Made by a program: the position numbers and the translations under genes. A stretch of 64,000 bases of DNA from Selaginella moellendorffii (Eukaryota > Plantae > Lycopodiophyta): contig NW_003314347.1 of the NCBI RefSeq assembly GCF_000143415.4, positions 705,438-769,437 of the forward strand. The letters run 5' to 3'. This document shows positions 10,437 to 22,439 of the stretch, piece by piece (within the stretch, counting starts at the first letter, position 1; each line of letters opens with the position of its first letter). The notes under the pieces are model-generated. The model was not told the DNA's origin and did not search any database. It worked only from the letters and a program-made list of their open reading frames with translations.

Positions 10437-12592
10437 CACCTCTTTGTAAGCCACCTAACATTTGCTGGGCAAGTACATGTATATACATAAGGTATGACAC
10501 GTTAAACTGCCACGTTATCCTATATAACATGATGTCATTACAAATTTAACAAGGGGTTTACATGAAAAAGTACCGACACAAGTTTTATGTAAGCAAGAAT
10601 ATAATGGTAATTAATATTATATGAGAACTTTTCTTTTCCATTTACAATGTTATGTAAAGATGAAATTCATGACTGATTTGTAGAGCAATAGGACAATAAA
10701 TACCATCACCAAAGTGATTTATGGAGTAATTGGACAATAAGTACCATCACCAAAATTGAGGTATTGAATGAGAGATTTTCGTCTTGTCAAAACATCACAC
10801 ATTATAATGGAGTGCTTAATTAGTGCTTTTTGGTCATGGCCACCAACTTTTGTTCCTTTAGCAAACAAGATTAGTCATAAGCATATAATTACCTTCACCA
10901 AAGAAATAACCCCAATCATATAGCAATGGCAAACTTAACTTATAATATCCAAAATATGCTCAAAAATTTAATTTGCCCATTGGAAAAAATCATGCTCAAA
11001 AGCCATAAGTCTAAACCTTACTAATGTGTTAAAAAAATTGATGTAGAGTTAAAATTTATGCAATGCAAAAAATTGTATATTTGGACTTTGTTATGCATAT
11101 ATTGTAGGCAACAATGCATGCCTATGTGTAAAAGAAAAGTCGTCAAAATATTATTTAATGAGTCACACATGTATTACAACAATTTAAGCATATATGTGTT
11201 TTTTTTTCATATATTTGGCAGACTGCTATAATTTTTTGTTAAGCCACCCTAAGTATAGCTCCCCCCAAAAGCTATCATTACAAATTTCTTGCTATAAATA
11301 AGAGTTATTGCAATTTATAACATGAAAGCATGAAAACAATAAATCATTAATTACAATGTTTTCCATACTTTTCTATATTATATATTTTAATATTACCTTC
11401 TTTTATCCAGTAAAATAGCATTTATAATGCATGGCTTTAGTATTTACTATACAATAATGACTGTTAAACAAAATAACAGTTGCTTTATTTGGAATTGACC
11501 ATATTCAATAAATTCATGAAAACTACTATTTCATATCTCTTTACTATTTTATATATTTGTTAACACTAGCATGCATATAGGTTTAATGTTAAGCTGAAAT
11601 TTTCATTCAGAGGTTTTATACTATTTCTAATAAATAAATATTTATCCAATTTCAATATGATGATTTATTATTATATAAATAAATATTAATTCACACTGAA
11701 ATGATAAAAATATTTATTTTATAATAATTTAAATTATTTGTTGAATAAATTTATTATGATGATTTCTAGTAACATAAAGTTAAAAATTTGCATATCCATA
11801 CCACCAAAATAGGAAATGTTGCTAAATTTCAACTTTTTTTTAATACTTTGAAATATTTTACAAGATATTGAGATAATGTTTCACCAATAAAAGATTCTAT
11901 TACAGTTGCATCACATTTAACAAGTAGTATAGTATTTTTAAAATTTTCAAGACGTTCATATGTTAATTTAAATATTATTATTACTGCATTAATTTAGGAA
12001 CAATATAGTTACATGTGTTATAGTTATCTGTGGATAATCTATCTAAAGCATTTCCATTACTATTTTTAGAGCATAATGACAATATGTTTACCCATGTAAG
12101 AATTTGCATAAATGTTTTAGAATTTTTATATAATTTACTTAATAAAAATATTTTTTATACCTTGAATGCAGCAATATTTGGTTTTCTTAATAGTAGTGTT
12201 TATTATATTTAATTAAATTTATCAATTGGAAGTTTATAATTTATAAACTCAAAATTAATCTTATTACATAGATAGTAGAATAAACTAGAATATACTAGGA
12301 AGTATTTAGGAAATTTATAAATTATAAACATGTTTATAAACTATTAACCTACATAAATAACAACCGTTAGATAGTAGAATATTCTAAAATATTCAAACAT
12401 ATTTTAGATATATCTCAGTTTACAAAAAAGTCTCACACCAATTTAACTTGTAAGTTTAGCGATTCCTTGCCATTGCTCAGCAATCAAGGAAGGGATCCAG
12501 GAAAGCTTATAGAAAACTACACGCTCAGATATATAAATCGGTGTAATGTCCAATGGTGAGGAAATTGTGTAGCAAGCGTTTTATCGATTAAT

Positions 12593-13896
12593 ATGGCAAT
12601 GAATGACACGGGTAAGTGTGATGTTCTCGTAGTCTCGCAGGATTCAGCGAGAGCTGAGATAGTTGGAATGTGTGTCAAGTCTATAATGGACGAGCAAGTC
12701 GACATGGATGTGGATCTGGAAGTAGACAATCCAAATCCTGAAGCTCTACATCTGGTGGACATTGAGTTTCTGGTCGAAGATCTGGCTGTAAGCTCCGAAG
12801 ATCACCCGGTGATCGTCAAGCAGGTCCAGCACTCCTGCGCAATTCAGCCTCGAACTTCTGAAGTGATCAAGGTGCCACTCCAGTTTGCTTACAAGAACGT
12901 CAAGCCACCGGGAAACGGTGGACCTGGGAATCCCAGCAGGAGTGGAAGCGCAGGAAGGATTATTCCATTCACGATTCGAGCGAGGGTGAATTGTTTCGAG
13001 GTCATCCGTGGGATGTTTGCCATCACCATCTCCAAGCTAAAGCAGTTCCTCACCATTGTCGATGACAAGCTTGGCATTGGAAAGCTCCGCAACTTTGTTC
13101 CTCCCACAGGGATGCTCAATGGATCGCGCTTCGTGAGAATCACTCCGGACGAGGTCATGCTCAGCCTTGAAGCTCGAGTCAAGAATGGCAATCCTCTTCC
13201 AATCCAGGTATAGACGAGTTCTCTTATTTTTTCTCATGTAAACTTCTGGATTTCCAGCTTGTCTACACGAACGTTTCCATGGAGATGAACAACAAGCTCC
13301 TCGATGTGCAGAGGATCGACCACAACATGACGCTCTCGGCTCGATCGTCACGAAAGGTGACGATACCGTACACTTTCTCGCTCAAGGATCACGTGGGTGA
13401 GCACGGGGGGCTGGAACCAGGAACAGTGGTGCCGTACTCCGTCAAGCTCGAGTACTGGTTCAAGGAGAACTTCCACGGCATGTACAAGGTTTCGGCTGAA
13501 AAGACTGGTGAGCTCCCCGTGCCAGCCAGATCCACCGCCAAGATCCAAGCCGCCTCGTTCAACTTCGACGACCTGGGCCGACCCATCGCCAAAGTTTGCA
13601 TGAAGCTCGAAAACAGAAACACTTTCAGCATTAAGGTCACCAAGCTCAAGTGTGAGATCATCCGAAACTCGGATGGGATCTGTGCTGCGACAGCGGAGGA
13701 TGCATTCGTGGAGACGGATCGAGCGATGGAAGTCGAAGCTGGTGGGAATGGCAGCATCTGGATGGTAGCTTCGACCGGGACGAGCGAGGAGATGTTTGGA
13801 TCGGCGTTATGGGACGTTTTCGCTGGAGACTATAGTCGCTTCACTGTGCTGGCCACAGTGGAGAGCGAGACAAAGTTTGGAAAGATGGTATCTTAA
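12593..13896 (+). CDS. LEA_2 (WHy/LEA14-fold) protein with three tandem domains
   Basis: Two exons, intron 13208-13257 (GT..AG, in frame). Domain motifs DNPNPEAL, KNGNPLPI and ENRNTFSI; EKTGELPVP and FGSALWD as in two-domain plant LEA_2 proteins. Confidence 0.8.
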
Positions 13897-14373
13897 GATC
13901 AAACATAACGAAGGAAAATTAAAGAAAGAGGTGTATGCTTCTTAAAGTTTAAAAGATCCGCACGTACTCGGCGGTGGAGGCCCTCGCCGAGTGCGGCAGC
14001 CTCCTCGCAAATTATCCACGAGTCCCAAAGGAGGCGCCAAAAAAACTCGACCCAGGTTGGATCCCAGGAAGAAGAAGCTTACCAGGATCCATCTACGACA
14101 AGCAAACGCCTCCCGAGCTCAACCGCCGAAGGGCTCCCACACCGTTTATTGGCGGCTTGACCACGACATTTCTAGTACATGTCTCACTTTGGACATTTCA
14201 GGAACTTCAAGTCAGTCCCACCTCTCGTATCCTTGAAACTTGGGAGTCTCAAAACTGACAGTGTGGAATAACAAAGACGGGCGGCGTAATCGTGATGAAT
14301 GCCAGCGACCAAATGACAGAGGCCCAGAAAATCTTGTGAAGGAGTTACTGGAATCCTACTTCGCGCAGACGCA

Positions 14374-15690
14374 GGTTAGCTTTGCTCCGATTGACTGGGT
14401 TGTCCACGGCTGTTTCTCACGACAAACTGCTCTTCGCAGCGGTTAAGACTTGCATAGACGCAGCCGAGGCTGATGGCGTCAGGGCTCCTTTCTGGCGGCA
14501 AACACTTGAAGATGTTGACCGAGCATGCCTCCTCTTCGTTCGGTTTTGTTTTGCCCAGAGAATTGCAGGAAAGGATCCAAATGGAGAAGAACTTGGCACA
14601 TACTGGTTTAACGCCAGCCGACTCAGAAGCGCTTGGAGCGCTTCTTGTGGTCTTCCGCGGCATAACAGTCCGGGCGTTTGAAACTTCGACAAAACTTACA
14701 GTCTTGTTCGGGTAAAAAGCTGGAGCCTCTGGCAAAACTGAGTAGAAAATTACCATGTCATCGTCACCAGTAGCCACAGCAACAACAGGTAGTTGCAAAG
14801 AAAAGAAAGAAAATCTCTCTTTTTCTCTTTTTAGACAGGAATCATACATGACAATCAAACATTGCAACTAAGCCTCACTATTAGAGCCACTCTGGCAGAC
14901 ATGCCTTGACTTCAAGTGACTTTCGGGCATTCCAGGCGCTCACGGCATCTTTAGTTGACCACTTTGACACTCGTCGCCCCACAAATTTGTGCTAACGCTT
15001 AAATAGAGAAGAACTTACCTGGTTCATAAACAAATCTGGCAGGTGTCTCTTCTATGGTGTCCTCCAGCATAGTTGCAGAACTTCTCGCAACACTGTACCA
15101 AACTTTTTCCACTCCAAAATGCACATAATTTATGGAGTAGAAAAAGTGATCCTCGACATGCTGCAATGCAAACTCAATACTTTCACACAACAAAACGGAT
15201 AGAAGAAGCTCACTCACCCAGCAAAACGAGGACAGGCTCATGCCGATGTAAACCCACGGGACAACTACTCCTGACGCCTTCGAAACAAAGAATTGATCCG
15301 CGGGCTGTTGCGAAGTTATTAAGGTTCCAGCCTGACTTCTCGTAAGCACCACTTTCTACAGGTCCTGGTTTGGCCATAGGAAATCCAGTCCCAACCTTTG
15401 CTGTATCCAAATCCACTATAAATTACCTGTTCATCCGAGTTTAGCAGCTCCAGAAAGTAAAAAAGAAAAGAGAGAGACACTACCTTGACTTGCTCCGTCG
15501 GACACTCATTTCGCTCTAGCTCGAGGCTGGATGTGAAAAAAAAAAGGCATTCTAAAACCTCACGAGTGAAAAAACTTTAGAAAGTTACCATGCCATCGTC
15601 GTCGGGAGGGCTCTCTTAGATGCAAAACCCTCCCTTCCACGCGCTCTGCTTCATCACCTCCGCAAATAGCACAGGCTCACTCTCATCGTG
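14374..15690. pseudogene. Scrambled partial copies of the JMJ gene (one + piece, several - pieces)
   Basis: 14374-14598 matches 28005-28320. 14690-14830 is the reverse complement of 26613-26840, 14998-15500 of 27285-27830, and 15520-15690 of 26455-26760. Introns retained; many internal deletions. Confidence 0.85.
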
Positions 15691-17386
15691 CTTCCTTTTG
15701 CTGTCGGGTAAGGTTGAGTAAAGACTGCCTGTATATCTCACATAGCTCCCTTTTTGCCAACCCCCTCCAAAAGCACATACCTCGCAAGAATGTGTTTTTT
15801 GAGAATGCTAAGAATATTCTTGTGTAATAAATTAAAATAAAAAATATCTGGTATAAATTATATAATAATTATATATAGCTATATTATTATAATTATATAT
15901 TATTATAACTATATCTTAATCCATACAAAATTCACACATATATAAGTATTAGGTTACTTTCTTCTTCATGCATTCTACCTTTGATATAATAGTTAGCTTC
16001 TCTTAACATGCATGTTATAATACTCTGGATGCTTCTTCATAAACTCAACTACAACCTTCATGTGGGGTATCTTTTAAGAGATTTCATTATGATAACACAC
16101 TAAAACCATTGCATAATACCAAGATCACAATGTAATCTAAAAGCATTTCAACCAAGCCTTTGTGCCAGTGAAGAAGTCAAGGATATAACCACTTTCACCC
16201 AAAGGCATCACACAACCATGTTTTTAGCTTTTGCAAAAAAGGTTGTTTATAGAAAACATTAAAGATATATTTTTTAGTTGTAATATATGCTTTTAGTGCT
16301 TGTTGAGTAGCACCCTTTATCCTCTTCCTTTCCAGCTATGTCTTCCCTTAGATGGGCTTTGTTGATGGTTGCAAGTTATTTCTCTTTGAATTAATTTTGT
16401 ACATGCATTTATTGTTCCCCTTTTAACACTATAGTAATGCTAAATTTAGCCACTAAGGCCACTTATAGTTTGTAACCCCTATATTTTATCATCCCTATAT
16501 ATGTAGATAAGTGAGGTAAAGTAAAAGGTGATAAAAATGTTATATACAAGGCATTAGTTAGATTTTCTGCATTATTGTATTATTTGTCTTATCCCATTGC
16601 AATCCTCTTTAATCTTGGCTTTATTTGTAATGCGGTTCCTAATACCAAGATTAGCACTCAAAATGAAGTTAGAGCTAAATAAAGTCTATTGCAATTTCAA
16701 TATATTAGTGGCCTCATATAAGAATATAAATACTTCATCAGCTAGTATGGTATAGGCTTTAAACCTAAACTAAAGATAAACACATCTAATAGGGAAGTAG
16801 ATAATTGTTGCGAATGTAACTTTGGGTATCCAAAGATATTTGTCAGCTAGTCCTTATAGACACTCTCTTCTTACTGCCATGATGCCAAGAGATTAGTATT
16901 GCTAGTTCCTTTTATTAGCCTCTTTTGTCCAAGTATTAGTAAATTGGATTTAGCATTTGTACTTGGCCAGATGAGCATGAAGAAAGAATTTCTAAATGTC
17001 TATTTAACCAAACATACTTGGCCCACTTTGTTAGTTTTATTTTGCTATGTCTTGCACTAGCTTGGTAAAAACCTTCACGTATTAAGTCTAGGCCCTCAAT
17101 ATCATTATATGATAGCTTACCGTATTTACCAAACACTCTTGCTATCATGCTCTATATGTTGGTTCCATTCTAGATCCATATGTTATTTATAGTAAGTGTC
17201 TAGATCTACCCAAGGGGCATATCTACAGAATGTAGAGAGTGTCTTGAACCATATGGTGTTGTTTTCTGCTTCTAGATTTGTGATCTAGCATCATTCTATA
17301 TTTAGTAAGTTTCACACTTGTCTTAAAGATTAAATCTCGGTACTAAAGGAGGCTTCAGGTGAAAGCCCAAAGCATGTGTTCCTCAC

Positions 17387-18510
17387 GGGGGGGGGGGGGG
17401 GGGGGGGGGTGGGTGACACTATTTAGCATGCAAATGCTAGATATGGGGAGTTGATACTCATGGGATTGTAAGTGTATTGGACCCTAGTTTCGTAGTGTAA
17501 CGAGCTTGGAGTCCAACTCCAAATTTAGGTGTGTTACATTTGGTATCAAAAGAATTATCTCAGTGATTCTTATTCAACTTTTGTCAGATTTTCTAACTCA
17601 AGTTGCATATATAGACAACTTGTATATGATTAATTGGATTGTACCATTTGGTAAGAACATTGTATATATATTCAATTACTAATAGAGGTATATATGTAGC
17701 TAACAGGATGGTGAAAAGGAACCGTGCTGAATATGTTGAAACTTTTAGATGGGCAAATCAAGAGGATGCTAAAGATGTTGCGGATAAGGCTAAGGCTAAG
17801 TTAGAAGAGGAAGAGCCAGATTTTATGGCATTATAGCATACAGCTCAAGAAGTTGAGATCAAGAATTTGCAAAAGGAAATTCGCAAATTGAAGAAGGAGA
17901 ATAAGAAGAAGAAGAAAGAAGCTAAGGCAGCTAAACTAGTTAAACCTAGGCAACTAGACTCTTCTTTAAGTTCTGAGGACAATGAATTTTTGCAATTGCC
18001 CCTAGTTGCACGAGTTTCAAAGTTTAAGCCTTGGAAACCACCCAATTTTAGAGGCATGCGGGACTATTAAGTTTTAGAAAATTAGGTTTACAATATGTAG
18101 TGGTAGACATAGATAATTATACGAAAGTTATGTGTACACAATACTTTCTCACCAATCATGCTAAAACTTGGTGGCACCAGGTATATGCTGAAAAAGGGCA
18201 GACTAAAAGTTGGACCAAGATGTGGTCTCACATCTATAAGGAATACTTGCTGGACGATCTTGGTATACAAAGCTGCAGCAGTTAAAGCAGTGAGGGGACT
18301 TTATACATTACATTAATGTGTTTGCTCAGAAATACATTATGATTGCAAATATGAGTGATGAAAATGCTTAAAGTTATTTCTTAAAAGGTTTAAGTTCACT
18401 TTCTCGCAATGAGATTTTGAAGTTTAAATTGAAGATATCCCTAGACTATAAAGAGGTAGCACAACAAGTTACCTTCAGTCACTCACTCATGGAACAATAT
18501 CAATAGCCGT
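17387..18510 (+). mobile_element. Decayed LTR retrotransposon (probably Ty3/gypsy): G-run PPT, short LTR, PBS, gag remnant
   Basis: G23 at 17387-17409; LTR-like segment 17412-17538 (GGTGACAC...GTGTTACA); TGGTATCA at 17541; gag-like KPPNFRGMRD and LTNHAKTWW with stops. Confidence 0.6.
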
Positions 18511-18609
18511 ATGCAACTTAAATAATTAGTGTAAATACTAATTATCAAATATTAAATTAATATAGTCACTTTGAAGGATTTGGAAAGTAATTCCTAAAAG
18601 AAAGTTAAA

Positions 18610-19310
18610 GGAAAAGACTGTCCTCTTGTGGTTCTCCATGATGACTATGAAACATGAAGAAAGAGCTGGTGTGGTAGAGCTTCGATCTCTTTCCAGTTTC
18701 ACTTCCTCTTGGCAGGCTTCAAGAGCCATATTTCAAGGTGAGACACAATTGCACTGCCTATATGATACTACTAAGCCAAATTCTCACATTTATGATTGAA
18801 ACAGTGGAGCAGGGAATCAAGATTATTCCATTCACGTTCGAGGCCATCAGTGGAATGTTTGCCATCTCCCAGCTAAAGCAGTTCCTCACCATTGTTGATG
18901 ACAAGCTTGGCATTGGAAAGCTCCACAGTCCACAGGGATGGATGTAAACTGCTGACACTTCCATGGAGATGAACAACAAGCTCCTCGATGTGCAGAGGAC
19001 ATCAAGCTCTTGGCTCGATATGAAAGGGGACAATACCGTACACTTTTTCAATCAAGGATCCGAGCACAACCGGGAAGCTCGTTCCAAGGCATATACAAGG
19101 TTTACAAGATCCAAGCTGCCTAGGTCAACTTCGTCGGTCAACACATTGCCAAAGTTTGCATCAAGCTCGACAATGAAACTCTTTCAGCCAAGGTCGGATG
19201 GGATCTGTGCCATGACAACAGAGGGTGGATCGAGTGATGGAAGTCGAAGCTGGATGGCATGGTAGCATCATCAATCGGGATGAGCGAGACTGTAGTCGCT
19301 TAACTGTGGC
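18610..19310 (+). pseudogene. Deleted copy of the JMJ 3' region joined to a deleted copy of the LEA_2 gene
   Basis: 18610-18790 matches pieces of 28733-29133. 18815-19310 matches pieces of 12955-13860 (e.g. MFAISQLKQFLTIVDDKLGIGKL, MEMNNKLLDVQR). Confidence 0.85.
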
Positions 19311-19408
19311 ACCAGATGGTGATTTGAAACTACCTATCAAAAAGACGTAAAAAGCGTGCTACTTTTAAATAGGAATAATAAGACTGAAATAAATCAAAAT
19401 AAAGACAT

Positions 19409-22167
19409 TCACGCCAAATTGTTCAGAAGCTTACGCAGCCTCTCGATCTTGGCATTTGAGTTTTCCAACCTTTGGTCATACTCAACACGCTCAACCCTCG
19501 GGTTTAGTTTTTGGCGTTTAGTTCCTTTCTCATTTTCTTCTTCTTCCTCCTCATCTTCTTCGTCCACATCATCTACCCTTTCATCGCTGCTACTCACCTC
19601 GTTATGATCTTCATTGCCTGAAAAGAAGTGAATTTTAGCATTGATCACTTTCTTCAACCCGTTTCTACCAACATCGTCCCATGTCTTCGCTCTCTCAACC
19701 AATTCTTCAGCAAAATCTTCAGCATCTTCAGCATCTTCAGCATCTTCTTCATCCTCAAAAAGATAAGAATCACCACTTCTCACATGCTTTACTATACTTT
19801 CTACCATTTCCTCATTGCCCAGCCAAATTGCAACTTCAGCCAGCTCCTGGTAGTGACCAAACTTTACAAATGCTTTTGACAAGAGTTCCGAGAAGAGCTG
19901 TGTCATCTTTTCATCCTTCTTCAAGCCAAACAGCCCCGCTGCTTCTTTCATTCTCACCACTGTCTCTAGTAGACCTAGACCACTACGACAATACATCGAT
20001 GTCCTCACAACTTCATGGAACTTCTCGTCGAAAGTCAATAGCAGCACAAGCGCAGCAGCACAAGCGCATCATCACTCTTAATTTCACTTAGCCCACCATA
20101 GATCTCTTCGAGGTCAACATCCCTGATGAATCTCTTGCTTGCCAAGGCCATTGCAACATCATGACACCCTTCAGACTCAAGCGCCAGAACAATGTCCGCA
20201 ACACTTCCCAGAAATCTTCTCCTTCCTTCCTGCTGGAGCTCAGCCAGCTTTTCCTTTTTTTTCTCTGGTGAAGTTGGACAGTAACTAGACAAATATCCTC
20301 CATGCCTCTCGGGCTTCTCTGCCTCTCTCTCCCACCTGGCCTCATTGACTGTCAGTGTCTTCTCCCAAAACTCTTCGATGCGAGGAAGGCTCTGCTCTCC
20401 CCATTTTTTGACTATTTGGACCAAGCACTTAGCAAGTGTGGGTGCCATACCCAAAATCTTCCATGCCTCATCTTCACGTCCACACGTGACGAACAAGCGC
20501 AGCAAACGTGTCAAGAACCTGTCGTCCTTGCAGACTTTCTCCGCCAAGAGCTTCTGTGCAAAGACTACAGCAGCCTCCTGCAAGCCACTCTCACTCAGAT
20601 GCTCAGCAAAGCTTACAATCTCCTCAGGCACCTTATCTTCTTTCTGCAACAGCCCCTCAATCACCACGCTGTAGCATTCATCCCATCCATACTTTTGTAC
20701 CGCGGCAACCATAGTCTGCGCTGCTGTTTCCATGAGCTTCATCCCCCACTTCTTCATGACCAAGAAGGTTGCGTCTCGAAAGTCGTACTTGATGCAAAAC
20801 TGTAACAGAATCTCAAAAGGCTTCTTCCAATCAGAATCAGATTTCTGACTTGCCAAGGCAGACAAGTATTGCTCTAAGTACCCACTCGTCCGTCCAGGCT
20901 CGCTTTTGTGCTGCTCCTCGAGCCACTTCACTACACTTTCGATGGACTGTGTGTCGCACAGCGCCACGATTTTGCAATCCTTGGGCCACACGACCAGAGC
21001 AGCAGTGTGATAGAACGAGTTTATATCACCGCCATCGTTGCCATTGTACGACTCAATCTCTTTCTTGTCTGGTTCGCCGCTGCCAAAAGGATCATCCTCG
21101 TCGCTGTCGTCCCTCACAACCTGATTTTCTATAGACAAGCTGCCACTTTTGAGGTGCTCGGGTTTTTTATCGTCTATCGTTGTCCAGTCCTCCACATGGT
21201 ATTCAGCCTCGAATGAGTCAGAAACATTGTTCGAGATGGTTTCCTTCACAAGCATGCAGAGATGAACTTCCAGAAAGCCAGTGCAGCTCAGCACAAGTGC
21301 CGCCACAACGCTGTCGTGTCCCTTGAGCCCCGCAAAGCTCAAGCTGTTTTTCGAGTACTTGTGACCCAGCGGAATCGCGAGGATTGGTGACGAGGTGCCT
21401 TTCACTTCCTCGGCCCATTCCTTCAGCTGGCTTTGAACGCTCCCGAGAGCTGACAAGTAGTGTGGAACCTTGCGAGGATCCACATCCACAAACTTTGCGT
21501 TGCTCCGTACCAGGCTAAACACTAGGCAGAGCCTTGTTCCACTTGTCACTTCAGCCAGCTTGTGCATGCAGTCGCAGAAAAAAGCCGTCTGAAAGTACCC
21601 CGTCCTCGAAGCAGCGCCAGAGAAATCAAAAGTGACACTCTTCTTCCTCCCGTGACGAATCGTCAGATTGCCACCCTCGTGCCCGGACTGCGTTGGAAGC
21701 TGCAAGATCATCGTCGCAAACATGCCAACTTCCTTCTCTGTATCCCTGTGAGACTTGAAGTGGCCACCTTGCTCATACAGTAGCAGCTTATACAGTCTCA
21801 CGTCCAAGCCAAGCGCAGCTGCATCGATCCCCAGCACCTCCATCGCGGGAACAGCCATGTCGAGTACCACCTTTGAAAAAAAGTCTGGGGTTTGGGGGCA
21901 ACTCACCTTGGATGCCTCCACTTGCCATGCGCGGCGGACGTCGGTGTCGAGCAAAGTTTCCTCGCCCTTTCCATAGGGTGCTTGCTGCGACACGGCCTTG
22001 AGCTTGAGAAAGCCATCGTTGGAGAGAGGGAGGGCGAGATCTCCAGCGCCCTCCACTCGCAAGGAGGCGGGCATGGCGAATTTGCTTGCATCAACCTCGC
22101 CTCCCGTGGCATACTTTCGGCGGGGAACGGTCGACCACAGTACCTTGAGAAGCGCTTGGTGGTCCAT
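19409..22167 (-). pseudogene. 2OG-Fe(II) oxygenase-domain protein with a long helical C-terminus, frameshifted near the 3' end
   Basis: YKLLLYEQGGHFKSHRDTEK (HxD), HEGG, DCMH and SGTRLCLVF motifs. Intronless. The 710-aa and 212-aa ORFs are offset by a 14-bp tandem duplication at 20041-20068. Confidence 0.75.
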
Positions 22168-22439
22168 ACTTGCACCGCTTGCCCTTGGTAGCTTTCCTAT
22201 TTATGGTTCGGAAAAGGCGTCGAGTCTATCTATGGAAGCAAGCTTCCCAAATTTGACAAGAGGTGCTGTGGCACTGCTGCTTTCAACATGTACACCAGCC
22301 CTGGTCAAGAAACACCTCGTTACTGCTTATGACTTGGACCGGCATGATGGTTTAGTTGATTGCGAGGCCTATCACTATCCTTTTCCTGTTGCAGCTCATC
22401 CACTCAGATCTATGTGACATGGGAGTATTGATGACTTTT

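Larger units (their letters stand above)
9402..10479 (+). mobile_element. Non-autonomous Helitron with captured gene fragments (SLP phosphatase, unknown, PPR)
   Basis: 5' end A|TCTATAATAATAA. The first ~230 bp are shared with 25032-25280. The 3' end CCTAACATTTGCTGGGCAAGTACATG|T is a degenerate version of the 58461-58486 terminus. Confidence 0.8.

Noticed and set aside
9768-10454. 228-aa ORF as a real PPR gene
   Set aside because: It starts in the Helitron 3' terminus and reads through a PPR fragment into unrelated cargo; treated as a chance fusion.
10500-12450. Long AT-rich tract as a possible decayed transposon
   Set aside because: No termini, TSD or protein motifs that I can support.
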